DNA of 60,600 nt, the filler included. It is 5 parts of 5 records of this genome, joined end to end, with 100 filler letters (N's around TTAATTAATTAA, not from the genome) between each part and the next. Parts side by side here need not be neighbours in the genome. Positions count along the whole stretch, not along the records: positions 1 to 11,767 come from SRR22947725_2499; positions 11,868 to 30,331 come from SRR22947725_2507; 3 more parts are not named here. One strand, written 5' to 3'. Position numbers and translations under genes: made by a program. The notes below the pieces were generated by a model. It ran no database searches. It worked only from the letters and a program-made list of their open reading frames with translations, and was not told the origin of the DNA. Positions 11,425 through 21,847 of this stretch are shown one piece after another. Positions within the stretch are counted from its first letter, which is position 1, and each line of letters starts with the position of its first letter.

Positions 11425-11767
11425 TTATATACTTATCGTGTAAATTCCTAAAAACAACAAAAGTCCCGTAAGGTTATTTAATTTAAAAAGTTTTAAGCAA
11501 TTTTCAAAGTTATTTTTTTTAAATTTTAGTAATTGAAGAATAAGAGTTAAAATAAACATAGTTAAAAAAAAAGTAAAAAAGTTTGTCCCAATAAAGTCTT
11601 TAAATAGGTAAATTACTAAAATAACAAATATTAAATAAGTAATTGATACAAATAATCTAATATTTTTTTTGAATTTTATTGAAGTGGACTTTAATCCAAT
11701 TATTTCGTCATCAGACATATCTTGAGCTCCATATATCGTGTCATAGCCCAATGTCCAAAATATGGCT
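11425..11767 (-). CDS. ubiA: 4-hydroxybenzoate polyprenyltransferase (3' fragment, cut by the contig end)
   Basis: FWTLGYDTIYGAQD..DD..IGLKST motif; the frame runs into the spacer. Confidence 0.9.
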
Positions 11768-11867
11768 NNNNNNNNNNNNNNNNNNNNNNNNNNNNNNNNN
11801 NNNNNNNNNNNTTAATTAATTAANNNNNNNNNNNNNNNNNNNNNNNNNNNNNNNNNNNNNNNNNNNN
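11768..11867. other. Artificial contig spacer N44-TTAATTAATTAA-N44
   Basis: Identical 100-bp structure at all four gaps; the core has stops in all six frames. Confidence 0.99.
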
Positions 11868-11906
11868 ATCTTGAGGTAACAGGTTCGAGTCCTGTCGAGG
11901 TCACCA
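11868..11906 (+). tRNA. tRNA 3' half (anticodon not in the contig; resembles tRNA-Arg); a truncated gene or an att duplication
   Basis: T-arm ACAGG-TTCGAGT-CCTGT, acceptor 3' strand CGAGGTC, discriminator A and encoded CCA. Confidence 0.85.
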
Positions 11907-11917
11907 TTATTTAATAA

Positions 11918-11990
11918 AATCAATGGGTTAAGTTTTTGTATTTTTGTCTAAAAACATATGTGTAGAATATGTGTAGAGTAAATTTTACTC
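11918..11990. mobile_element. Putative integrase attachment-site arm (IHF site plus tandem arm-type repeats)
   Basis: AATCAATGGGTTA (11918-11930) fits the IHF consensus WATCAA-N4-TTR; ATATGTGTAGA occurs twice (11956-11977); palindrome GAGTAAA-T-TTTACTC (11976-11990). All lie just 3' of the tRNA end. Confidence 0.55.
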
Positions 11991-12425
11991 AAAAATTTAT
12001 ATTATACTAAACAAGTTATTGAAATCAAGATGAGAATATTCTTCAGTTTGTTCTATAAATTTTAGTAAATTACGAATGTCTTTTTCAACTTGTACTAATG
12101 TATTGTAGTTCTGGGGCCTTAATTATTCTCATTTACTACACCACCATCTTTAATCATTTATCTTTGAATTTCCTGTTCAAGTGATATTTGTTTTCAGTTG
12201 ATGCAATCCAATCAATGGGGTGAAACATGAACCATTTCAATTCATTTTTTTCTGTTTAATTTTCTTTTTTATTGGTCTTAATTTCAAAGATTGTTCCCAA
12301 ACTACCTAGTATCAGTGATATCCACCTAGTTTTATGCGCCTGCTAAGTCCTCACAATTAAGTAGAAAAATTTATTGTACTAAATCCTATAGCCTTATATT
12401 ATAAATATTTTTTAAGGTTAAGGAA

Positions 12426-14063
12426 ATGAATAGAAGAGGATTTATTTATTTATTTTTGTCTGCCTCTGCGATTACATCAAGTTTTGTCTATGGGGTTGCA
12501 GTTGGTAGGTATCATATATTCCCATTTAATTATTTACAAAATTTATTCCGTAAATACGTTAAAAATTATGATTATACAAAATACCCTCATATATATTCAG
12601 AAAAAATAAATTATTATTCTAACCAGATTGTAAAGATATATTTGATTAATGCTAATTTAAACAATTTGGAATCTTTTAAAATTTACTCAGCATTGTCTGG
12701 AGAATTGCTAGAAGAAAAAAAAATTAATCGTAAAGATTTGATTAAAGTAGATGAAAGCTTTTCCAAAGATTATGAAGGAAAAAAAGTTAAGACTTTACAT
12801 GAAATCAATATTAAAATTAAATCACTAGGAGCACTTATTTTAACAGTCACTAAACAAAATGATCTTGCGTTTTTAAGACATAATAGACCTGATAATTTAT
12901 TTATAATAAATAGAGTTAAAAATTTAAAAAAATTTAAAGTTGGTCTTATTTATCCAGATTTTACTTGGAAAGCGTATAACCCTTATGGAGGAATTTCTTT
13001 ATACTCTCAACCTTTTCCGATTGATAAAGATATGTCATCGCGTACATGTTCTAAGATGAGACCAAATCTTCTTTTATCAGAAGATCATTCACCATTTCCA
13101 ACTTCAATTTTTTCTAAATCTCTTATTGAAAATGATATTGATCATATTTCGTTATGTAGTTCTGATTTACATGAAAATCAAGATTGGATAAATTTAGATT
13201 TATTAATTATAACAGGACATGACGAATATTGGTCAGAAAATATAAGAAATAACATTACAAAGTTTTTAAATAAAGGTGGAAATTTAGCTGTGTTCTCAGG
13301 CAACACATCCTTTAGATCTTTTGAAATAGAAGGTAATAATTACAAAAGAACATATCATTGGGATCTTTTCAAACCAGTAGAAGAAACTATTGGACTTACA
13401 ACTAGATATGGTGGTGGTGTTCCTGGTGAGACATCACTTCCATTCTTTGAAAATTCTAATTTCTTTTCGGTAATGGATTTTAATAATCGAAAAGGTATGA
13501 AAATATTAGATGCATCACACTTCATTTTTAAAGATACAGGACTTAAAAATGGTGATTATTTAGGATTGGAAAGTGAATTAGTATACTATGAAATTGATGG
13601 AGCCCCTCTTGATCCAGTCACACATAATTTAAATTATGATATTAAATCTAAAGCTATACCAGTATATTCAAATGAAGACTTTTATTCAGTTCAAAATAAA
13701 TTTCCTTTACAAATGAAACCTTTGGCATCTTCTTTTTCGGCTTTTTTTGGTGTTAATGATCCTATGTATATTGCAATTCTAATAGAAGCAGATGACTATG
13801 TCTCTGATTTTATCAAAGATATTAATAGGGCTAGAGTTATTCAAGCTAAGTCAATAATGACACCAACAAACTCCAAAAGTACAGGGCCAGTAGTTCAAGA
13901 AAATATGGTGTTAGAAGATATCCTCCAAATAATGTCTGAATCTCCGTCAAAGCCTGTTACTATTGAAGATACAAAAGGAAAGATTACCGGCAAAATTGAA
14001 ATGGCTAATTTAATTGAAGGAATGAAAAGACCAAAATCGCAAGGCACTAATATTACAGGTTAG
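12426..14063 (+). CDS. Chimeric ORF: Tat-signal N,N-dimethylformamidase beta-subunit-like domain fused to the C-terminal tail of a glycine betaine/proline ABC ATPase (ProV)
   Basis: MNRRGF N-terminus; TWKAYNPYGG.SLY, GHDEYWS, GGNLAVFSGNT and YEIDG motifs; from 13788 it reads ADDYVSDFIKDINRARVIQAKSIM, typical of the ProV post-ATPase segment. Confidence 0.7.
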   Translation: MNRRGFIYLFLSASAITSSFVYGVAVGRYHIFPFNYLQNLFRKYVKNYDYTKYPHIYSEKINYYSNQIVKIYLINANLNNLESFKIYSALSGELLEEKKINRKDLIKVDESFSKDYEGKKVKTLHEINIKIKSLGALILTVTKQNDLAFLRHNRPDNLFIINRVKNLKKFKVGLIYPDFTWKAYNPYGGISLYSQPFPIDKDMSSRTCSKMRPNLLLSEDHSPFPTSIFSKSLIENDIDHISLCSSDLHENQDWINLDLLIITGHDEYWSENIRNNITKFLNKGGNLAVFSGNTSFRSFEIEGNNYKRTYHWDLFKPVEETIGLTTRYGGGVPGETSLPFFENSNFFSVMDFNNRKGMKILDASHFIFKDTGLKNGDYLGLESELVYYEIDGAPLDPVTHNLNYDIKSKAIPVYSNEDFYSVQNKFPLQMKPLASSFSAFFGVNDPMYIAILIEADDYVSDFIKDINRARVIQAKSIMTPTNSKSTGPVVQENMVLEDILQIMSESPSKPVTIEDTKGKITGKIEMANLIEGMKRPKSQGTNITG

Positions 14064-15372
14064 TTTTTTTTGGTCTTCCTAGCTGTATTAAGTTAAATCC
14101 ACTTTTTTGAAAACTATCAGGATTTAATGAATTTCTTAAATCTATTAATATATTCCCTTTCATAACTTTTTTTAGCCTAGTAGCTGATAAACCCCTAAAT
14201 TCATTCCACTCAGTTAAAATAACTAACCCATCACTGTCTTGAAGGCATTCTTCAATATTATTTGAAAATTCTATATTTTTTAATATTTTTTTTGCCTCAT
14301 CCATTGCAACTGGATCAAATACAGAAATATCGAAACCTTTTTCTTTTAATATTGGAATTATATCTAAAGAAGGGCTGTCTCTCATATCATCAGTTTCTGG
14401 TTTAAATGAAAGACCAAGAATTGATATCTTTTTATTCTGGCAATTATTATTAAAAGCTTCAATAATTTTATCTGCCATATCAGATTTTCTTTGTTTATTA
14501 TATTGAACTACAGTTTCAACTATAGAAAGATTTGAATCATACTCCTTAGCAGTTTGCACTAAAGCTAAAGTATCTTTAGGAAAACAAGATCCACCATAAC
14601 CTGGACCAGGGTGTAAAAATTTACTTCCTATTCTTTTGTCTAAACCTATTCCTTTTGCAACATCATGAACATCTGCTCCAACTTTTTCACATAAATCAGA
14701 CATTTGATTAATATACGATATTTTAACTGCTAGAAATGCATTTGCAGAATACTTTATAAGTTCTGCTGTATTTAGATCTGTAAACAGTATAGGTGTTTCA
14801 ATGAGATATAGAGGTTTATATATTATAGTCATTAATTGTTTAGCTTTTTCAGTTTCAATACCAACAACAACTCTGTCAGGTCTCATGAAATCTTCAATAG
14901 CATTGCCTTCACGTAAAAACTCAGGGTTTGAAACAACGTCAAAAAGAGCATCTGGGTTTATTTTTTTTATAATATTCTTTACTTCAGCACCAGTGCCAAC
15001 TGGGACAGTGGACTTATTTACAATTACTGTATATCCATCTAAATTTTTGGCTATTTTTTCTGCTGCTTCATAAACATATGTAAGGTCCGCGTGCCCGTCT
15101 CCCCGGCGTGAAGGAGTTCCTACAGCTATAAATACAATATCAGCTTTTTTTATATTTTGGTCAATATCATTGCTAAATGATAATCTTCCAGAATTTTTAT
15201 TTTTTTTAACTAAATTTTGAAGACCAGGTTCGTATATTGGTATAATATCATTCTTAAGATTATTTATTTTATCTTTATCTTTATCAATACAACATACATC
15301 AAAACCAAACTCAGAAAAACACGTTCCTGATACCAAACCTACATAACCTGTACCCAGCATAGTTATATTCAT
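14053..15372 (-). CDS. ugd: UDP-glucose 6-dehydrogenase
   Basis: GTGYVG, KSTVPVGT, NPEFLREG, GYGGSCFPKD and FKPETDDMRDSP motifs. Confidence 0.96.
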   Translation of the reverse strand: MNITMLGTGYVGLVSGTCFSEFGFDVCCIDKDKDKINNLKNDIIPIYEPGLQNLVKKNKNSGRLSFSNDIDQNIKKADIVFIAVGTPSRRGDGHADLTYVYEAAEKIAKNLDGYTVIVNKSTVPVGTGAEVKNIIKKINPDALFDVVSNPEFLREGNAIEDFMRPDRVVVGIETEKAKQLMTIIYKPLYLIETPILFTDLNTAELIKYSANAFLAVKISYINQMSDLCEKVGADVHDVAKGIGLDKRIGSKFLHPGPGYGGSCFPKDTLALVQTAKEYDSNLSIVETVVQYNKQRKSDMADKIIEAFNNNCQNKKISILGLSFKPETDDMRDSPSLDIIPILKEKGFDISVFDPVAMDEAKKILKNIEFSNNIEECLQDSDGLVILTEWNEFRGLSATRLKKVMKGNILIDLRNSLNPDSFQKSGFNLIQLGRPKKTNL

Positions 15373-15480
15373 TTTAATTCCTTTAAGACTTATAATTAAT
15401 CCGACAACTGCAGTTGACGTATAACCTTTATTACAATAATTAACTATAATGATAATTACACTACATCCAAGGATTTGTGA

Positions 15481-16353
15481 ATGAAAATTAAAAAGGCCAT
15501 TTTTCCTGTTGGAGGTTTGGGAACAAGGTTTCTACCAGCTACAAAGTCCATGCCAAAAGAAATGCTTCCAGTAGTTGATAAACCAATTATACAATATGCT
15601 GTTGAAGAAGCTGCGAATGCAGGAATAGAACAATTTATATTTGTTACTAGTAGAGGAAAATCATCTATAGAAAACCATTTTGACCATTCATTTGAGTTAG
15701 AGAATAATTTACTTTTAAAAGGTAAGAAGGAAACTTTAAAAACTGCACAGGAAATGTTAAAAATACCTGGATCTTTTGCTTACGTCAGACAACAGGAACC
15801 TGCAGGCCTTGGTCATGCTGTATGGTGTGCTAGACATTTAGTAGGAAATGAACCTGTAGCTGTAATTCTTGCTGATGATCTTATCAAAGGCTCAAATACT
15901 ATAAAAGAAATGATAAGTAATTATAGCTCTGGAAATATGCTAGCTATTATGGATGTAAACACTCAAGATGTTTCATCCTATGGTATAATTTCTCCAGGAA
16001 AAACTTTAGAGAATAATGTGACAGAAATTTTAGATCTTATAGAAAAGCCTTCAATTGATAAAGCACCTAGTAATATGGCTGTTGTAGGAAGATATATTAT
16101 TGAACCCTCAGTGTTCAAAGAGCTTGAAAAACAAAATAGAGGAACAAGCAACGAAATACAACTTACAGATGCAATAGCTAGTAGAATAGGTAAATCACAT
16201 TGTTATGGTTATAAATTTACAAACGACAGGTTTGACTGCGGATCTAAATTAGGTTTTATTCAAGCTAATATTAAGTTTTCTATTGAAAGAGATGATTTGA
16301 GTGAAAAACTCAAAAGTTGGCTAAAAGAAGAATTTTTAAATGGTGATGTTTAA
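15481..16353 (+). CDS. galU: UTP--glucose-1-phosphate uridylyltransferase
   Basis: GLGTRFLPATKSMPKEMLP, RQQEPAGLGHAV and EIQLTDAI motifs. Confidence 0.96.
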   Translation: MKIKKAIFPVGGLGTRFLPATKSMPKEMLPVVDKPIIQYAVEEAANAGIEQFIFVTSRGKSSIENHFDHSFELENNLLLKGKKETLKTAQEMLKIPGSFAYVRQQEPAGLGHAVWCARHLVGNEPVAVILADDLIKGSNTIKEMISNYSSGNMLAIMDVNTQDVSSYGIISPGKTLENNVTEILDLIEKPSIDKAPSNMAVVGRYIIEPSVFKELEKQNRGTSNEIQLTDAIASRIGKSHCYGYKFTNDRFDCGSKLGFIQANIKFSIERDDLSEKLKSWLKEEFLNGDV

Positions 16354-17762
16354 TGCTTCAACATATTTTTGATCCAACTATTTTGCGTTCATATGATATT
16401 AGAGGCGTTTATGAGAAGACCTTAAATAAAGAAGATGCCTTTATGCTTGGGTTTTTTTTTGGAATTACAGTTAAAAAAAAATTACCCACAAAAGCAAATC
16501 CTTTGATTGTAATTGGAATGGATGGCAGACTTTCAAGCCCTGTTCTTGAAGAAAGCCTTAATGCTGGTTTAGAAAAATCAGGATGTGAAGTTTATAGAAT
16601 TGGTCTTAGTCCAACACCAATGCTTTATTTTGCTAGCCATTTTTTTAAAGCAGATGGAGCAATTCAAATTACTGGAAGTCATAATCCTAAAGATTATAAT
16701 GGGTTTAAAATTGTTTTAGACCAGAATTCTTTTTTTGGTGAAGATATACAAAAATTAGGAAAACTTGCAAAAAAAGGTTATTCTCAAACTTATTTAGGTT
16801 TTTCTAAAAGTGTTTCAATAAACGATCAATATATAGAAAAAATAATAGAACCAATAAAAGGTATTGATAAAAATTTAGCAAATAAAACAATAGTTTGGGA
16901 CTGTGGTAACGGTGCTTCTGGACCATCTGTTGAGAATCTTACTAAAAGAATTTCTGGAAATCATATAGTCTTGTTTTCTGAAGTTGATGGTAATTTTCCT
17001 AATCACCACCCTGATCCCACAGATGAATCCACTTTAAAAATACTTTCCTATAAAATGAAAGAGGTAAATGCAGATATTGGTATAGGGTTTGATGGTGATG
17101 GAGACAGAATAGGAGTAATTGATAAAAAAGGTAGGCCAATAGCAGGAGATTTATTAACAGCATTTCTTTCTAATTCTCTTGAAATTAATGACAAAGAAAA
17201 TCAAACTGTAATTTTAGATATAAAATCTAGTTATGTTGCTTATGATAAAATTATATCGTTTGGTTTAAATGCTGAAATTGGAAAAACTGGACATTCCAAT
17301 ATTAAGAAAAGAATTAAAGAAATCAATTCTCCACTAGCAGGAGAAATGTCAGGCCACATATTTTTTGCAGATAAGTATTATGGGTATGATGACGCTCTTT
17401 ATACTTCAATAAGAATAATAAGTTTAATGGCTAATGATAATAACTTAGACGACTTCATATCAACTTTACCCAAAACATATGTCTCACCTGAAATTAAACT
17501 ATATTGTTCTGATAAAATTAAATTTCAATTGATCAACCGTTTAATAGATAAAGTGTTAAAAGATTATAATCCTGAGAATGTAATTACTCTAGATGGTGTC
17601 AGAGCCAAAAATGAAATGGGTTGGTGGTTAATTCGAGCTAGTAATACAGAAGAAGCAATTGTAGTAAGATTTGAAGGTAAATCTGAAAAGGGTCAAGGTA
17701 AATTATTAATGGAAGTTAAAGAACGTCTAAAGAATGAAGGATTAACTTGGGAATATAGTTAA
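16353..17762 (+). CDS. Phosphomannomutase/phosphoglucomutase
   Basis: YDIRG, TGSHNP, DGDGDR, GEMSGH and RASNTE motifs. Confidence 0.93.
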   Translation: MLQHIFDPTILRSYDIRGVYEKTLNKEDAFMLGFFFGITVKKKLPTKANPLIVIGMDGRLSSPVLEESLNAGLEKSGCEVYRIGLSPTPMLYFASHFFKADGAIQITGSHNPKDYNGFKIVLDQNSFFGEDIQKLGKLAKKGYSQTYLGFSKSVSINDQYIEKIIEPIKGIDKNLANKTIVWDCGNGASGPSVENLTKRISGNHIVLFSEVDGNFPNHHPDPTDESTLKILSYKMKEVNADIGIGFDGDGDRIGVIDKKGRPIAGDLLTAFLSNSLEINDKENQTVILDIKSSYVAYDKIISFGLNAEIGKTGHSNIKKRIKEINSPLAGEMSGHIFFADKYYGYDDALYTSIRIISLMANDNNLDDFISTLPKTYVSPEIKLYCSDKIKFQLINRLIDKVLKDYNPENVITLDGVRAKNEMGWWLIRASNTEEAIVVRFEGKSEKGQGKLLMEVKERLKNEGLTWEYS

Positions 17763-17810
17763 TAAATGATATTGTTTAATTAAATTAAAAGTATGTAGTT
17801 GAGGTTGAAA

Positions 17811-19976
17811 ATGACTAAAAGATTAGATCGAAGCAATTTACAAGTCGCTGAAACACTGGTTGATTTTATTGAAAAAGAAGCTTTACCAAACACTAATATA
17901 AATGCAGAACATTTTTGGAATAAATTCGAAGCAATTTTAAATAAATTTGCCCCTCAAAATAAAAAATTACTTCAAATTAGAAGTGATATGAAAAACCAAA
18001 TTGATGAATTTTATAAAAAACATTCTGGCAAAACAATTAATCAAGATGAATACATTGGTTTTTTAAAAGAAATTAACTACATTGTTCCTGTCGGTAATGA
18101 TTTTAAAATTGAAACGCAAAATGTTGATCCTGAACTTGCAGTTAAAGCTGGCCCTCAATTAGTAGTGCCCGTAACAAATGCAAGATATGCTTTAAATGCT
18201 GCAAATGCGCGATGGGGAAGTTTATATGACGCTCTTTATGGAACTGATGCAATTTCAGAAAAAGACAATGCAAATAAAACAAGCTCATATAATCCAACAA
18301 GAGGTAAAAAAGTTGTAAATTATGCTAAAAACTTTTTAGACAAAAATTTTCCATTAACTAATGGTTCTCATAACGATGTTGTATCTTACAAAATAGTTGA
18401 TAATGCTCTAATTATGACACTGAGCAATAGTTCTACAACAGAATTTAAAAATATAAATCAATATGTAGGATATCAGGGTGATATTGAAACCCCTAACTGC
18501 ATACTGCTAAAAAATAATAACTTACATGTTGAATTACTTATAGACAAAAATGGAAATATTGGAGCAAACGATTCGGCAGGTATTAACGACATAATAATTG
18601 AGTCTGCTCTAACGACAATACAAGACTGCGAAGATTCTGTGGCAACAGTAGATGCCGAAGACAAGGTGTTAGCGTATAGAAATTGGCTTGGGCTTATGAA
18701 GGGAGATCTTGAAGATACTTTTGAAAAAAATGGAAATACTCTTACAAGAAAGTTAAATGAAGATAAGTCTTACAACACTTCTAAAGGCCAATATAAACTT
18801 CCTGGCCGTTCAGTAATGTTAATAAGAAATGTAGGTCATCTTATGACAAACCCAGCTATTTTATTAAAAAATGGAGATGAAGTACCAGAGGGTATTATGG
18901 ATGCTATGATTACCTCATTAATAGCTATTCATGATATAAAATTTAAAAAAATGAATTCAAGATCAGGTTCTATTTACATTGTTAAACCTAAAATGCATGG
19001 ACCTGATGAAGTTAAATTTGCTTGTAATATCTTCTCTGAAGTTGAAGATGCACTCGAATTAAATAAAAATACCCTTAAAATTGGTATAATGGACGAAGAA
19101 AGACGTACAACTGTTAATCTAAAAGAATGCATTAGAGCTGCTAAAGAAAGAACTGTGTTCATAAATACTGGATTTTTGGATAGAACAGGTGACGAAATAC
19201 ATACTGCAATGGAAGCAGGGCCCATAATTCCCAAAGGGGAAATTAAAAATGCTAACTGGATTTCTGCATATGAGAATAATAATGTAAAGATTGGATTAGA
19301 ATGCGGTCTTTCTGGAAAAGCCCAAATTGGGAAGGGTATGTGGGCTATGCCAGATTTAATGGATGAAATGTTAAAACAGAAAATTAATCATCCTAAAAGT
19401 GGAGCAAATACTGCTTGGGTTCCAAGTCCAACAGCAGCAACACTTCATGCACTGCATTATCATGAAATTAACGTATTTGATATTCAAAAAGAAAAATCTA
19501 GCGATAAAAATAATTACCTTGAAGATATTCTTGATGTACCAGTTTCAAAAGGGCATAACTGGTCATCAGAAGATATCCAAAAGGAGATGGATAATAACGC
19601 TCAAGGAATTCTTGGTTATGTTGTTAGATGGGTTGATCAAGGGGTAGGTTGTTCAAAAGTGCCAGATATTAATAATATAGGTCTTATGGAGGACAGAGCT
19701 ACTTGTCGTATTTCAAGCCAACATTTAGCAAATTGGATGAGACATGGTATTTTTTCAAAAGAACAATTAATTGAGACTATGAAAAAAATGGCCCGAATAG
19801 TGGATAAACAAAATGAAAATGACCCAAGTTATAAGTCTATGTCAGGTAATTTTGAACATTCTATTGCTTTTAAGGCATCTGTTGATTTAGTAGTTGAAGG
19901 AACTGTAAGCCCATCTGGCTATACAGAACCAATTCTTCACAGAAGAAGAATACAGCTAAAAGCTATGCCTGATTAG
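17811..19976 (+). CDS. glcB: Malate synthase G
   Basis: [41 protein letters not shown] and LMEDRAT; start taken as ATG 17811. Confidence 0.97.
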   Translation: MTKRLDRSNLQVAETLVDFIEKEALPNTNINAEHFWNKFEAILNKFAPQNKKLLQIRSDMKNQIDEFYKKHSGKTINQDEYIGFLKEINYIVPVGNDFKIETQNVDPELAVKAGPQLVVPVTNARYALNAANARWGSLYDALYGTDAISEKDNANKTSSYNPTRGKKVVNYAKNFLDKNFPLTNGSHNDVVSYKIVDNALIMTLSNSSTTEFKNINQYVGYQGDIETPNCILLKNNNLHVELLIDKNGNIGANDSAGINDIIIESALTTIQDCEDSVATVDAEDKVLAYRNWLGLMKGDLEDTFEKNGNTLTRKLNEDKSYNTSKGQYKLPGRSVMLIRNVGHLMTNPAILLKNGDEVPEGIMDAMITSLIAIHDIKFKKMNSRSGSIYIVKPKMHGPDEVKFACNIFSEVEDALELNKNTLKIGIMDEERRTTVNLKECIRAAKERTVFINTGFLDRTGDEIHTAMEAGPIIPKGEIKNANWISAYENNNVKIGLECGLSGKAQIGKGMWAMPDLMDEMLKQKINHPKSGANTAWVPSPTAATLHALHYHEINVFDIQKEKSSDKNNYLEDILDVPVSKGHNWSSEDIQKEMDNNAQGILGYVVRWVDQGVGCSKVPDINNIGLMEDRATCRISSQHLANWMRHGIFSKEQLIETMKKMARIVDKQNENDPSYKSMSGNFEHSIAFKASVDLVVEGTVSPSGYTEPILHRRRIQLKAMPD

Positions 19977-21054
19977 CAGCTCTAGCAGCATGTCTTAAAT
20001 TATCTATTGAGATTAATTTACCTGATCTCTTGATATGCCAAAAAGTCCAACCGTTGCAAGCTTGAAGCCCTTGTAAGTGGGCTCCTACCGAATGTATTGA
20101 TCCTTTTTTATCTTTAGAGATTAAGCTTCCGTCTGCTCTAATTTTTGCTGTCCATCTATTACGAGAGTCTTGAAGTAATTCTCCAGGATTTATTAGACCT
20201 TGTTCTAATAAATGACCAAAAGGAATTCGAGGTTCTAATGTTTTTCTTGGTGTTTGAATAAGCTCTTTTGAATCTATTGCTTTTGCATTATTAATCCGTT
20301 TTTCTGCTTCTAACCCATATTTGGCATTTTGTTCAATACCTATAAAGTTTCTTCCTAGTTTTTTAGATACTGCACCTGTTGTTCCTGTTCCAAAAAAAGG
20401 ATCTAACACTATATCACCCACATTACTACTAGACATGATTACTCTACTAAGAAGATTTTCTGGTTTTTGAGTTGGATGTACTTTTTTTCCTTCTTTGTCC
20501 TTAAGTCTTTCTTCACCAGTACAAATTGGAATTAACCAATCAGAGCGCATTTGTAAATCACCATTTAGTGATTTCATTGCTTCATAATTAAACGTGTATT
20601 TTGAAGAACTTGTTTTTGACGCCCAAATTAATGTTTCATGGGCATTAGTAAATCTCCTACCACGAAAATTTGGCATGGGATTAACTTTCCTCCATATTAT
20701 GTCATTTAATAACCAAAAACCTAAGTTTTGCATTATGTAACCAAGTCTAAATATATTATGATACGAACCAATTACCCAAATTGCTCCATTTGGCTTTAAA
20801 ACTCGCTTTGCAGCAGTCATCCAAAGCTTGGTATAGTTATCGTAATCATCAATTGAATCAAACTTATCCCAACTTTCATTAACCCCATTTACCTTTGTTT
20901 GGTCTGGCCTTGATAAATCTTTATTGAGCTGTAAATTATATGGAGGGTCAGCAAAAACTAAATCTATGCTTTCTACTGGTAATTTATTCATTTGCTCAAT
21001 GCAATCACCTATTAACACCCTATTTTTAAATTTTTCAATAGTCATAATTTTCAC
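19963..21054 (-). CDS. ccrM: Cell-cycle-regulated GANTC DNA adenine methyltransferase
   Basis: [43 protein letters not shown] and C-terminal CNGWTFWH; downstream of rnhB as in other Alphaproteobacteria. The start may be ATG 21045. Confidence 0.92.
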   Translation of the reverse strand: MKIMTIEKFKNRVLIGDCIEQMNKLPVESIDLVFADPPYNLQLNKDLSRPDQTKVNGVNESWDKFDSIDDYDNYTKLWMTAAKRVLKPNGAIWVIGSYHNIFRLGYIMQNLGFWLLNDIIWRKVNPMPNFRGRRFTNAHETLIWASKTSSSKYTFNYEAMKSLNGDLQMRSDWLIPICTGEERLKDKEGKKVHPTQKPENLLSRVIMSSSNVGDIVLDPFFGTGTTGAVSKKLGRNFIGIEQNAKYGLEAEKRINNAKAIDSKELIQTPRKTLEPRIPFGHLLEQGLINPGELLQDSRNRWTAKIRADGSLISKDKKGSIHSVGAHLQGLQACNGWTFWHIKRSGKLISIDNLRHAARAANQA

Positions 21055-21073
21055 TTAATTTACCTGATTAAAA

Positions 21074-21093
21074 TGTGAATAATATGTGGATAA
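21074..21093 (-). promoter_or_regulatory. Two tandem DnaA boxes upstream of ccrM
   Basis: The minus strand has TTATCCACA (21085-21093, perfect) and TTATTCACA (21074-21082, one mismatch), with an 11-bp period. Confidence 0.6.
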
Positions 21094-21160
21094 AATGATA
21101 AATACCAATTAAAGTCAATGACTTAGTAAAATTAAAAATTAATTTACAATATGTTGATAT

Positions 21161-21847
21161 TTATAAATATGATTCTCTATATATAGTGGATATGGGTTTA
21201 AAAGATTTTCTATGTAACTTGGATATTCCATATCTTAAAATTGCTTTTTTATGCATATAAGTTCCATAACCAAAGTTATTCTCTAAATGATAATATGGAT
21301 ACATATAAGAATAATTTCTCATTATAGTGTCTCTTGTTTCTTTAGCTATTATACTTGCTAAAGCTATGGTTTTAGATTTACTGTCACCTTTAACAAGTGG
21401 ACTTATATTATTATAAGGTAATTTTAATTTTTTTTGTTCAACAGATGTAATTTCAATAACAGAAAAATCTGGCTTATATTTACCATCAATATAAATGTGA
21501 ATTATATCTTCATATTCTTTAAAAGATTGTATCAGTGAAAATATAGACCTTTTCATAGCAAGCGAATTCGCAAATGTAAGTCCATAAGTATCTATTTCTC
21601 TTTCAGAGGAAATTCCAGTAGAATACTTAATTGATTTATTTATTGAGTAAATAATTTCTTTTCTTTTTTTAGATTTTAATTTTTTACTATCGTTAACATC
21701 TGAGTGTAACAGCTTATGATTGCTAAAATCAATCCAACAAGCGGTAGCCACTAATGGGCCTGCCCATGAACCTCTACCGGCTTCGTCAACACCAATCATT
21801 TTTATATTATTCTTATGACATGCACTTTCTATGTCAAAGTTTGCCAC
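21161..21847 (-). CDS. rnhB: Ribonuclease HII
   Basis: GVDEAGRG..AGP, DSKKL, IDG, KGD..S..IA.ASI.AK and HRKSF motifs. Confidence 0.95.
   Translation of the reverse strand: MANFDIESACHKNNIKMIGVDEAGRGSWAGPLVATACWIDFSNHKLLHSDVNDSKKLKSKKRKEIIYSINKSIKYSTGISSEREIDTYGLTFANSLAMKRSIFSLIQSFKEYEDIIHIYIDGKYKPDFSVIEITSVEQKKLKLPYNNISPLVKGDSKSKTIALASIIAKETRDTIMRNYSYMYPYYHLENNFGYGTYMHKKAILRYGISKLHRKSFKPISTIYRESYL

Noticed and set aside
11812-11823. Repeated palindromic TTAATTAATTAA flanked by Ns (four copies)
   Set aside because: Synthetic all-frame-stop linker used to join contigs; not biological.
12025-12425. About 400 bp non-coding stretch with short minus-strand reading fragments and a second AATCAATGGG at 12210-12219
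   Set aside because: Could be a decayed island gene, but the frames have many stops and I cannot assign a family.
15405-15416. Palindrome CAACTGCAGTTG between ugd and galU
   Set aside because: Single 12-bp palindrome with no second copy or known matching regulator; may be chance or part of a promoter.
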